Source: Cyanophyceae cyanobacterium (GTDB taxonomy: Bacteria; Cyanobacteriota; Cyanobacteriia; Cyanobacteriales; JBHJGN01). Taken from it: DNA of 64,000 nt. Positions 1 through 8,608 of the stretch are shown here, piece after piece; position 1 is the stretch's first letter; the number at the start of each line of letters is the position of its first letter. The stretch covers positions 1 to 64,000 of the forward strand of contig JBHJGN010000007.1 in assembly GCA_050331735.1 (NCBI GenBank). The letters are read 5' to 3'. The notes beneath the pieces were generated by a model. The model had not been told where the DNA came from. It ran no database searches and saw only the letters and a program-made list of their open reading frames with translations. Position numbers and translations under genes: made by a program.

Positions 1-129
1 TGATAGCAGGGTGGGAATCATCAATACTCCGAACCAGCCTACGTAGAGGCGGTTCTCTGTTGATGTGACCCACTGACAGAACTGCTCCCACAAGCTGGCG
101 CTCGAGCGCTGTTGTATGGTAGTTGTCAT
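1..129 (-). CDS. psbA: Photosystem II D1 protein, 5' part (runs off the window edge)
   Basis: Manual translation from ATG 129: [43 protein letters not shown], the canonical D1 N-terminus. Not in the ORF track. Confidence 0.97.
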   Translation of the reverse strand, partial: MTTTIQQRSSASLWEQFCQWVTSTENRLYVGWFGVLMIPTLLS

Positions 130-189
130 TGATGAATTATTTCTAGTTATTTGAACAATTTGTAACAGGCGTTTTACCTGTTGTTACTT

Positions 190-218
190 ACCTTAGCGGA
201 TTTATTTACTTTTGTAAA
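190..218 (-). promoter_or_regulatory. Putative psbA sigma70-type promoter
   Basis: Minus strand TTTACA (218-213), 17-nt spacer, TAAGGT (195-190), about 60 nt upstream of the ATG. TTTACA is typical of psbA -35 elements. Confidence 0.55.
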
Positions 219-322
219 TGAATTTTACTTTTTCTTCAGATTGAGCTAAGCTGATTAACTGGACAGAGTTTGTGTTCTTTGCACTGTAATTCATCCACAA
301 TCTCTACTCACCATCTTGCTCT

Positions 323-1570
323 TCAGATTAACAACCACCGCAACAGCCAAAAGCTTCCTGCCCCAAACACCGCTGTAACTGGCAAGGTCACAACCCAGGC
401 AAGAATGACCGACTGCACCGTTTGGAAGCGGACTTGCTGCTGGCTCTGAAGGAGACCAATCCCCACAACGCTACCGACAAGGGCATGGGACGTAGAAACA
501 GGAATACCAAAGCGGGAAGCGAGCAGAATGGTGGCGGCTGTGGCAATTTCTGCACAAAAACCGCTGCTGGGCTGTAGGGGGATAATCTCTTCACCAACAG
601 TAGTGATGACCTGTTTCCCCTGAACGGCTAATCCGGCAACAATGCCCAAGCCACCCAAAATCAAAATCCAGCTAGGAATGTCTAAGCCAGCTAGGGGAAC
701 CGAACCAGTGCGCCCAATATAGGCGATCGCCGCGAGGGGAGCGATCGCATTTCCCACATCGTTAGAGCCGTGCGCAAAGGCCACAAAGCAGGCACTCACT
801 ACCTGAAATCTACTCAGCAGATGCTCCAACACCGAAGCTGGCTCGGTTTGAGAGCGCAGTTGTGCTAGCTTACGCCAGCTAACGACGCTCAGCCCGACTG
901 CGGCCACTGCCCCTGTCGCCAGAGAAAGATTGCGAGCCGAGAGGGGGAGCCAGGCAAAATCAGCCTGACTGAAAAAATCAGGAAGAACAATCACTCCAAA
1001 AACGCTTACTAAAGCGGCGCTCAGCCAGGGAATCCACTCCTGAAGCTGAGCTAGAGTATTCGGCTGTTCGAGAATCCAGCGCTGTATCTGACTGTAAAAT
1101 AGAGCGGCGACGGCGGCACTCATAATGGGAGTTATCACCCAAGCTACGCTGATTCGACCGACAACCGACCAGTCTACAGCGGATACTCCGGCGGCTACCC
1201 AGCTAAAACCAGCGATTGCTCCCACAACCGCATGGGAAGAGGCAACGGGGAGTCCTTGACGAGTAGCAATCTGAAGCCACAGTCCACAGGAAATGAGGAC
1301 CGCCACCATACCTAACAGCAATAGTTGAGGAGTCGGTGCAAATAGATCTGTATCGACTACTTGAGTAGCTAGGGTATCTGAAACTCCCTGACTAAACAGT
1401 ACAGCCCCCGTGAATTCAAGAATGCCAGCGACAACAAGTGCCTGTCGAAGAGTGAGCGCCTTAGAACCTACTGAGGTTCCCATTGAGTTTGCCACATCAT
1501 TCGCTCCTAAATTCCAGGCTACGTATAGGGCTAACAGAGCGACTAAACCGAGTTGAAGAGGGGTAGACAA
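323..1570 (-). CDS. pit: PiT family inorganic phosphate transporter
   Basis: Duplicated PiT signatures GANDVAN and HGSNDVGN, PVASSHAVVG and PVSTSHALVG; multi-pass hydrophobic. Confidence 0.95.
   Translation of the reverse strand: MSTPLQLGLVALLALYVAWNLGANDVANSMGTSVGSKALTLRQALVVAGILEFTGAVLFSQGVSDTLATQVVDTDLFAPTPQLLLLGMVAVLISCGLWLQIATRQGLPVASSHAVVGAIAGFSWVAAGVSAVDWSVVGRISVAWVITPIMSAAVAALFYSQIQRWILEQPNTLAQLQEWIPWLSAALVSVFGVIVLPDFFSQADFAWLPLSARNLSLATGAVAAVGLSVVSWRKLAQLRSQTEPASVLEHLLSRFQVVSACFVAFAHGSNDVGNAIAPLAAIAYIGRTGSVPLAGLDIPSWILILGGLGIVAGLAVQGKQVITTVGEEIIPLQPSSGFCAEIATAATILLASRFGIPVSTSHALVGSVVGIGLLQSQQQVRFQTVQSVILAWVVTLPVTAVFGAGSFWLLRWLLI
723..748. repeat. HIP1 octamer GCGATCGC (two example copies; it recurs throughout the window)
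   Basis: GCGATCGC at 723-730 and 741-748 and many more copies across the window; hallmark of many cyanobacterial genomes. Confidence 0.9.
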
Positions 1571-1725
1571 GAGGAGTATAGGGAACAGGGAAAGCAGCTA
1601 GCGCTGCGGGGAAAAGGGGCCAGGAAAACCTTGTGGCTTTTATTTCGTATTCTTTCCGGACTTTTAAGACTTGTGTAGCATCTGACAGAAATAACCAAAA
1701 GCTAACGGCTAGCTTCTATTAAAGC

Positions 1726-2850
1726 TTATTTCAGCAGGAGGTAATAGAGTTTTCCAGGACTGTTTAGTAGTCCAGCCCGATCGCCTGCCACTGAACCACT
1801 GCCTAAAAACACATCCACGCGCCCCGCTCCTTTGATGGCGCTGCCGGTATCTTGGTCTAGTACGTAACGACTGACTAGACTAGTTTCTAGTCCCGACTCC
1901 TGAAGCTGAGGAATCGCTGTGTGAATTAACGCCAAAGCCCCTGGAGGCATGAGGGATTTATCGGTAGCGATCGAGCGGTTGGCCGTCACTGGTACGCCAA
2001 GGCTTCCCGTCGGCGGTGCTCCCTGCGTTTCTCGAAAGAAGATAAAGCGCTCATTGCGAGGAATATACTGATTGAGCTTGTCGGGATGAGCGTTGAAATA
2101 GTCGAGCAGGAGAGGCAGCGTCATTTCTTCTAGCGTAAAGATGCCTTCATCAACGAGCTGTCGTCCGAGGCTGGTGTACGGGTAGTCGGTGCTGCCCGCA
2201 TAGCCAACGGTCATCACGCCACCGTCTGCTAGCTGGAGCCGTGCCGAGCCCTGGACCTGCACTAAGAACGCTTCTAGGCGATCGCGCAGCCAAACTAACT
2301 CCTGCCCAGCTAGCGGGCTATCGGTTCCTAGTCCATCGGCTCCCTCTAGCTGCACCCGAGTGGGATGGGGCATAGGCCAGCTCTCAAAGTTAGAGGGTTT
2401 CCGGTAGAGAGGATAGCGATACTCGGCTGTGGGCACTCGGCTCGCAGAATATACGGGTTCAAAATATCCGGTAAAAGCGACTGTCCCCTGCTCGTTACCA
2501 GTGGCCTCGTAGCAAACAAACTCTTGGGCTACCGCTGCTTGAAACTCGGCGGCGCTAGGCGAAGTCAGCAGAAGGTCGCGAAAACGCCTTAGCGAACGCC
2601 GGATGCGATCGCGCGTGACTCCAGGAACTGAGTAGTTCTGATAGGCCGTTGCCGCTTTAGGAGTATTAAGATAGCGTAAGCTGTAATTAATCGCTTTGAC
2701 AAATGCCTGCCGATCCCGCTGCCAGAGCAGTTGATCTTGCCCAAAATCTTCCACGCAGGATTGCTCAAGCGAACGCAAAGGCATTTGCGCTGAAGCTGGT
2801 GGGCTACAGGCAGCTAGTCCACATAAAGCCAGTAAAGCAAGTCGATTCAT
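1726..2850 (-). CDS. mltA: Membrane-bound lytic murein transglycosylase A (MltA/3D domain lipoprotein)
   Basis: Lipobox-like LAAC, FTGYFEP, QVQGS, SIATD, and the 3D-domain motif DQDTGSAIKGAGRVDVF. Confidence 0.92.
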   Translation of the reverse strand: MNRLALLALCGLAACSPPASAQMPLRSLEQSCVEDFGQDQLLWQRDRQAFVKAINYSLRYLNTPKAATAYQNYSVPGVTRDRIRRSLRRFRDLLLTSPSAAEFQAAVAQEFVCYEATGNEQGTVAFTGYFEPVYSASRVPTAEYRYPLYRKPSNFESWPMPHPTRVQLEGADGLGTDSPLAGQELVWLRDRLEAFLVQVQGSARLQLADGGVMTVGYAGSTDYPYTSLGRQLVDEGIFTLEEMTLPLLLDYFNAHPDKLNQYIPRNERFIFFRETQGAPPTGSLGVPVTANRSIATDKSLMPPGALALIHTAIPQLQESGLETSLVSRYVLDQDTGSAIKGAGRVDVFLGSGSVAGDRAGLLNSPGKLYYLLLK

Positions 2851-2929
2851 ATTCCCGTTGGATGCTGTTCCTCTAGAGGACTGTTAACACCTTACTGTAC
2901 AACGAGATGACATAAGAGCAAGCCTCTGC

Positions 2930-3181
2930 TCAAAACCGTTCCACACTACCAAGAAAGACTGGCTCTACTCTAATCGCCATCACGCTAGAAGGACGAAGCA
3001 CCATGTACTCTCCCTGAATATTTTTGATAGGAACGTTGATCAACTCGGTCGAATCCGCTTTGGGCATGAGTTGATTGCTATACCACTGCTGAAATTCCTG
3101 AATAGAAGTAAAGCGGACTTCTTCTCGGTGACCGCTAGCGAGTAATAAGTGAACGGCGTATTCGTCTGGTTTCTTTGGCAT
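2930..3181 (-). CDS. Small conserved hypothetical protein (83 aa)
   Basis: ATG at 3181 (MPKKPDEYAVHLL...) within ORF 2930..3232; co-oriented in a tight gene string. Confidence 0.75.
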   Translation of the reverse strand: MPKKPDEYAVHLLLASGHREEVRFTSIQEFQQWYSNQLMPKADSTELINVPIKNIQGEYMVLRPSSVMAIRVEPVFLGSVERF

Positions 3182-3244
3182 GGAGAATCGTATCTTAGAT
3201 CGCTCTTGCTTAGTATGGACAGCCAGACTCAAAAAAATAACACC

Positions 3245-4009
3245 TCAAGAAAATAAGTTGAACCGTTCTAGAGAAGCCTCCATCAAGGTTGGTAAAGTCT
3301 TTTTCAGCTCTGAAGCTGACTTGAACTGAAGCTGCTGATGATTGGGTAAGTCTAGGGGAAACTGACCCGTTAAATCTGAGCGCTTCATGCTAGTTAGCAA
3401 AATTTGTCCGGGGCGTTTACTTTGCAGCGCATAGCCGATTTCTACACACACGTGGGGGCTTGGCATTAATAAATCGTGGTCTTGTAGGCAGGCAATCGGG
3501 GTACTGTCGGCAATCAACAGTAAACATTTGCGAATTTTACGAAGCTGAGTATCGCTCAGCCGCAGAGGAGTATCGAGTGGACGCTGTGCTTCTTCTAGCT
3601 TTAAAGACAGCCGCGATTTTTTGTTGAGAGTTTCGAGAGTGTCTTTAAGCACCGAACGGAGAGCATCCGTCGCCGCCCCATATTCTGTCTGGTAGCTAAA
3701 AAAGATGATTGGCTCTAAAGAAGCCAGCATCACCTGCTTCGTAAAGTAAATTTCGTGGGAGACAAGATCGATATTTGAGATAGCGTAGCTGCCGCTGCCT
3801 TCAATGTAAAACTCGACAGCGTCTCCATCTAAATAGCGTTCAAACCAACGAGACTCCTGAATCGCTTGAGTATCGTCTAGAAAGTCCGCCCTCATGCCAG
3901 TTTTTAGTAAGCTACTTCTGCTCAGGCGCAGATCGTGAGGACGCTTAACAACTTCTCTAATAGGTTCATACTGCTTAAGATACCAGGCTTTGAGCGCAAT
4001 AATCGCCAT
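3245..4009 (-). CDS. Conserved hypothetical protein; C-terminal region resembles TIR/nucleotide-binding folds (weak)
   Basis: 254-aa ORF with IFFSYQ and PHVCVEIGYA motifs; co-oriented with the downstream genes. Confidence 0.75.
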   Translation of the reverse strand: MAIIALKAWYLKQYEPIREVVKRPHDLRLSRSSLLKTGMRADFLDDTQAIQESRWFERYLDGDAVEFYIEGSGSYAISNIDLVSHEIYFTKQVMLASLEPIIFFSYQTEYGAATDALRSVLKDTLETLNKKSRLSLKLEEAQRPLDTPLRLSDTQLRKIRKCLLLIADSTPIACLQDHDLLMPSPHVCVEIGYALQSKRPGQILLTSMKRSDLTGQFPLDLPNHQQLQFKSASELKKTLPTLMEASLERFNLFS

Positions 4010-4090
4010 GACAATTAGCTCAACAAAGATATTTTCTCGCCTTAATCGACGAGAAACAATACCTAGGAATCTTAGCAGTAATTGGCAAGA

Positions 4091-4444
4091 TTAACAGTAA
4101 TTGCTGATATCTTCTCCGCATTCTTCTGCTAAATAGCAGATCGCTCGGAAACGCAGCATCATCAGCTCATTGTAAAGCGGGTTGAGCTTACACAGTGGCG
4201 GAATGCTGAAAACAGTACGACCAAAGAAGGAAACGTTTCTGGCAAAAGGACACTGAGCCGGAATCAGCTTACAGAGGCGGTGAGCCAACTGAGGATGATT
4301 AACTTCAACGTTGTTGAGCCAGACCCGCAGAGGAGACAGAGGAGCAACTTGCTGATACATTTCAGCAATCATTGTTACTCTCCGTTTCCATGGCTCTCGG
4401 TTCCACCAGCCAAAGGATTTGAGGGTATGCTCTGATACATTCAT
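4091..4444 (-). CDS. Mo-dependent nitrogenase C-terminal domain protein (Mo-nitro_C family)
   Basis: LIPAQCPFAR...IPPLCKLNPLY...LRFRAICYLAEECGEDI family motif. Confidence 0.9.
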   Translation of the reverse strand: MNVSEHTLKSFGWWNREPWKRRVTMIAEMYQQVAPLSPLRVWLNNVEVNHPQLAHRLCKLIPAQCPFARNVSFFGRTVFSIPPLCKLNPLYNELMMLRFRAICYLAEECGEDISNYC

Positions 4445-5232
4445 GCTTAATTCTGTTCTCGATGAACAGGAGTGCTTTTTTGGAGAGTGCTCTTTAGTCT
4501 TTGCCCAGTTAGGTTGACAGCGGAACTAGTCGGGAGATTAATATTTGAATCAAGCTTGTTCAGCGGCAACGGAGTTAGTCTGCAAGACGATGAAGCAGAA
4601 CGACAAGCTTCAAGAAGCTACGCAACAACAAAACTAGTCCAACCAGCGCCTATTCACAATTTATTTACAATTAACATCCTGTCTGATATCGGTCAGAAAC
4701 GGCATGAGTAAAATCACTCAATTTCTGTAAAGATTTCGTGAAGATTGTCGTTTTTTTTAATGAGTGCTTCAAGAACAAGCAGAATGTGTAGTAAAGCACA
4801 GTTTTCCAAGGAGATTTCTGCTAAATATAGGTGAATCACCGCTTGAAATAACGAAAAAAGTGGCAGCTACCGCAAAATCGGTGATAGTGAGTAGAAGCTT
4901 TGAAAACAAGTTAAGCTTTCTTAAAAGCTCAAATTGAAAAGCCTCTTAGCTAAAAAAAGTAAGATTTTATTTCTTTTCTTAATAAATCGGTTTCTATAGA
5001 TGCAAAAGACTAGATAAATTCATCCTGCTCTATAGATAGCTAACAATTGGAGAATCAGCTTCTTGCGGTCAGGATTGGTTCATGAAAAGCGATCGCGCAA
5101 TTGCCCCGTGTCATTAACAGTAAACCGACCGAAAACAGTCGCCAGTTCAATTTATAGTAGTAAGAGCTGCTTTTCCGAGGGAAAGGGAGCCTCACCCAAG
5201 TAATCAGTGGCAGTCGGTCACTGGTCACTGCA

Positions 5233-6714
5233 ATGCCGCGCACTTCCCGCTTAAAATACGACCGAGGCACTTTAACTCTGCATCCCCCGCCGCGAGGCAA
5301 GGAGTGGATTGACTTTGCCACGTGGGACGATCGCGTTGAGAAGTTTCGGATTCCGGCCATTCGCTACCGTCCCTTAGTAGAAACCCTGCAAAAGGCTGGC
5401 ACTCATTTTATTGATGAAGCGAAGGGCTTTTTGACGCTGGAGTTAGCGTCATCGTTTGAGATGGAACCCTACCCGCATCAGCGAGAAGCCCTCCTTGCCT
5501 GGAAACAGTCAGGGCGACAAGGAGTGGTCGTGCTGCCCACGGCGGCGGGCAAAACCTATCTGGCTCAGCTTGCGATGGAAGCCACTCCCCGCAGTACCTT
5601 AGTGCTTGTGCCTACCCTCGATCTAATGCATCAGTGGTACGCTCAAATGAAAGCCGCCTTTCCAGATGTGGAAGTGGGTCTTTTAGGAGGCGGTTCGCGC
5701 GATCGCTCGCCAATTCTTGTCTCGACCTACAACAGCGCCGCGATTCACTCGGAAGCTTTGGGCAATCAGTACGCCCTGCTGATCTTCGATGAGTGTCATC
5801 ACCTGCCCACCGACTTTTTCCGCGTCATTGCTGAATATGCGATCGCTCCCTATCGTCTCGGACTAACGGCAACTCCAGAGCGCAGCGACGGCTCTCACCA
5901 AGAACTAGAGTCTCTGGTGGGTCCGGTGGTGTATCGCAAATCGGCTCAGGAACTTTCCGGTGCTGCTCTCGCTGAGCATCGAGTGGTCCAAATCAAGGTG
6001 AAGCTAGCTCGCTCAGAACGTGATCGCTATGATAGAGCTATTCAAATTCGCAATGATTTTCTGCGTAGTGCCAATATCTCCCTTGGCAACCTCAAGGGCT
6101 GGCAGATGTTCGTGCAGGCGAGCGCCCGTTCGAGCAGCGGACGGCGGGCCATGCTCGCCCATCGAGAGGCGAAAGAGATTGCTTTAGGAACGGATGGTAA
6201 ACTACGCATCCTCACCGATTTAATTTATGAGCACTACCCGGAGCGAATGCTGATTTTTACGAACGACAACGCGACCGTTTACCGCATTTCCCAGGAATTT
6301 CTCATCCCAGCCATCACCCATCAAACGCCAGTCAAAGAGCGCCACGAGATTCTCCAGCAGTTTCGGGAAGGAGAATATAAAGTTGTCGTCGCGTCCCACG
6401 TTCTCAATGAAGGCGTTGACGTTCCCAACGCTCGCGTTGCCGTGATTCTATCCGGTACCGGCTCGACGCGAGAGTACGTCCAGCGATTGGGCAGAATTTT
6501 ACGTAAGGGAACCGCCGCGAACAAGCTAGCCATTCTCTACGAAGTGATTGCAGAAGATACCGCAGAAGAACGCACCTCCCAACGCCGACGCGGTGCTCAA
6601 CAAAAATCGTCACCGCGCCAACTAAAGCTCATTCCTGAATCTGCTTATCAAGATACCCCAGCCAGAACCCTAAGAGCCGCAGAAAAGTCATCTCAATGGC
6701 GCGAAGAGGAATGA
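5233..6714 (+). CDS. SF2 DNA helicase, XPB/Ssl2-like (ResIII plus helicase C)
   Basis: Walker A LPTAAGKT, DECHH, GLTAT, EGVD, QRLGRILR. Confidence 0.9.
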   Translation: MPRTSRLKYDRGTLTLHPPPRGKEWIDFATWDDRVEKFRIPAIRYRPLVETLQKAGTHFIDEAKGFLTLELASSFEMEPYPHQREALLAWKQSGRQGVVVLPTAAGKTYLAQLAMEATPRSTLVLVPTLDLMHQWYAQMKAAFPDVEVGLLGGGSRDRSPILVSTYNSAAIHSEALGNQYALLIFDECHHLPTDFFRVIAEYAIAPYRLGLTATPERSDGSHQELESLVGPVVYRKSAQELSGAALAEHRVVQIKVKLARSERDRYDRAIQIRNDFLRSANISLGNLKGWQMFVQASARSSSGRRAMLAHREAKEIALGTDGKLRILTDLIYEHYPERMLIFTNDNATVYRISQEFLIPAITHQTPVKERHEILQQFREGEYKVVVASHVLNEGVDVPNARVAVILSGTGSTREYVQRLGRILRKGTAANKLAILYEVIAEDTAEERTSQRRRGAQQKSSPRQLKLIPESAYQDTPARTLRAAEKSSQWREEE

Positions 6715-6735
6715 GAGGTGGCTTTGATAGCGACA

Positions 6736-7311
6736 TTACTCCCAAACGATCTGGAGATTGAGGACAAATTCAGGTAACACCTCTTCTCCTGATAAAGTTT
6801 TTGGGGACGACAGTACTTTTACCTCTCCTTGACGGTAAATCTCCACGCTACGAGCTTGAGGATTAATCAGCCAGCCCAATCTCACCCCATTTGCCAGATA
6901 CTCTTTCATCTTTTCCTGAATTTCACTCAGACTATCTGACGGTGACATCAGCTCAAGAACAAAATCAGGAGCAATGGGAGAAAACTTCTCTTTCTGCTCT
7001 GGTGTCAGTGCGTCCCACCGCTCTTGTTCGATCCAAGAAACATTAGGAGAACGATTCGCACCGTTAGGTAGTTTAAAACAGGTAGAAGAATCAAAGACTT
7101 TACCCAGCATTGTTTGTCGATTCCAAATTACAAAATCGGCGGCAATCTCGACATTGCGGTTTCCCGTTTCTCCCCCTGTTGGTGACATAATAATTAATTC
7201 TCCCCGATGATTGCGCTCAAATTTAACATCAGGATTCGCTCGACAAAGTTGGTAAAACTTTTCGTCGTCTAGCATTGTCACCGGATTGAAGTTAATTGCA
7301 AACGCATTCAC
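6736..7311 (-). CDS. Uma2 (DUF820) family putative endonuclease
   Basis: FERNHRGELIIMSPTGG, FDSSTCF, APDFVLELMSPSD, KMKEYLANGVRLGWLINP. GTG at 7311 chosen to avoid overlap with the upstream gene. Confidence 0.9.
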   Translation of the reverse strand: MNAFAINFNPVTMLDDEKFYQLCRANPDVKFERNHRGELIIMSPTGGETGNRNVEIAADFVIWNRQTMLGKVFDSSTCFKLPNGANRSPNVSWIEQERWDALTPEQKEKFSPIAPDFVLELMSPSDSLSEIQEKMKEYLANGVRLGWLINPQARSVEIYRQGEVKVLSSPKTLSGEEVLPEFVLNLQIVWE

Positions 7312-7331
7312 AAGCTTCGATTTCCCTGTCT

Positions 7332-8300
7332 TTAAGTCCACTGACGGAAAAACGTATTTTCTTCCCAAACGCTGGCAGTGCGCTGCTCAATAGCTGCCAT
7401 ATCTGACTGGGCTAAGGGTTGAAACGCCCTGGCAACCTGCACATTCGCCTCTAATTGCGAGAGCGTTTCAGCCGCAATAATACAGGTATGTACGCCAGGA
7501 AGCGAAAGCACGTAGCCCATTGCCTGCTCCATGCCGTCTAATCCGCCCGGTTTAAATAAGCGTCCGTAGGCTGGCACTTTCATGGCAATCACGCCCACGT
7601 TCTTTTCTTGGGCGACTGGTAACACGGTCGGCGCAAACGGACGAGGATGGTGAACGTCGGCTGCATTGAGAGAAACCAGTGTAGTATCAAAGGGGTAGCG
7701 GCGCAGTCCCGCAGCGATGACATCGGGTTCGTGATGTCCAGTGATGCCAGAGTAACGAACGAGCTTCTGTTCTTTGGCTTCCTCTAACGCTTTGATGGCT
7801 CCGTCAGCACCGAAAATTTGGTCGAGTTCTTCGTGAAAAGAAACGTGGTGAAGCTGCCACACATCGAGGTAATCTGTATTGAGCCGTTTAAGCGATCGCT
7901 CGAGTTCTCTCCAGGCGCGGTCTCGATTTCTGGCTCCGGTTTTACTGGCCAAGAGAATCTCAGAACGATAGGCTGGCAATACCTTGCCCATATAGCCCTC
8001 GCTAGGACCATAGCTGGCGGCAGTGTCAAAGTACCGGACACCGAGAGCGATCGCCTGCTCTAGCAGAGCCGTAGCCTCCCGTTCTCTACCGTCCCAAGAT
8101 AGCGGCGTTTGCCCCGCTCCGCCGAGGCCAAAAATTGGCACCGATTCTTCTGTCCTTCCAAGCCGTCTTTCCGGCATGGGGGCTGCTGTTCCAGACTCGA
8201 TCTCAGATTGAGAACTCCGTTGACCCAGCAGATTGCTGCCCGCAATGCCTCCGGCTATGGCCGCACTTGTTAGAATAAAGTTCCGTCGATTCCAAGACAT
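7332..8300 (-). CDS. Aldo/keto reductase with a twin-arginine (Tat) signal
   Basis: N-terminal NRRNFI plus a hydrophobic stretch; YFDTAASYG, LASKT, SLKRLNTDYLD, GVIAMK. Confidence 0.9.
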   Translation of the reverse strand: MSWNRRNFILTSAAIAGGIAGSNLLGQRSSQSEIESGTAAPMPERRLGRTEESVPIFGLGGAGQTPLSWDGREREATALLEQAIALGVRYFDTAASYGPSEGYMGKVLPAYRSEILLASKTGARNRDRAWRELERSLKRLNTDYLDVWQLHHVSFHEELDQIFGADGAIKALEEAKEQKLVRYSGITGHHEPDVIAAGLRRYPFDTTLVSLNAADVHHPRPFAPTVLPVAQEKNVGVIAMKVPAYGRLFKPGGLDGMEQAMGYVLSLPGVHTCIIAAETLSQLEANVQVARAFQPLAQSDMAAIEQRTASVWEENTFFRQWT

Positions 8301-8608
8301 AATTTCCCGTTAAAGATTAATATTAGATTAAGTGCTGCGCTGTAGCTACGATATATTTATTTTAATGAGTTAGCCTCCCGCCTCAAGCCAGCATCAGGCC
8401 CATTAAATCGTTGAAGATTGCTGTTGAAGCTTCAACGCGCTACTGCCATTGGTTTGCGTCAAAATACCATGGCATTTACGGCTGTTTCTTATTTGTCTGA
8501 CGACACAGCGTTAGCGAGTAGCAGCTCGCCATTCTATTGAGCTTGGCACGATTGTTAATACATTTTCATTGATCTTTGTCCCATTCATTGTTGATAAGCA
8601 GATAGCGA

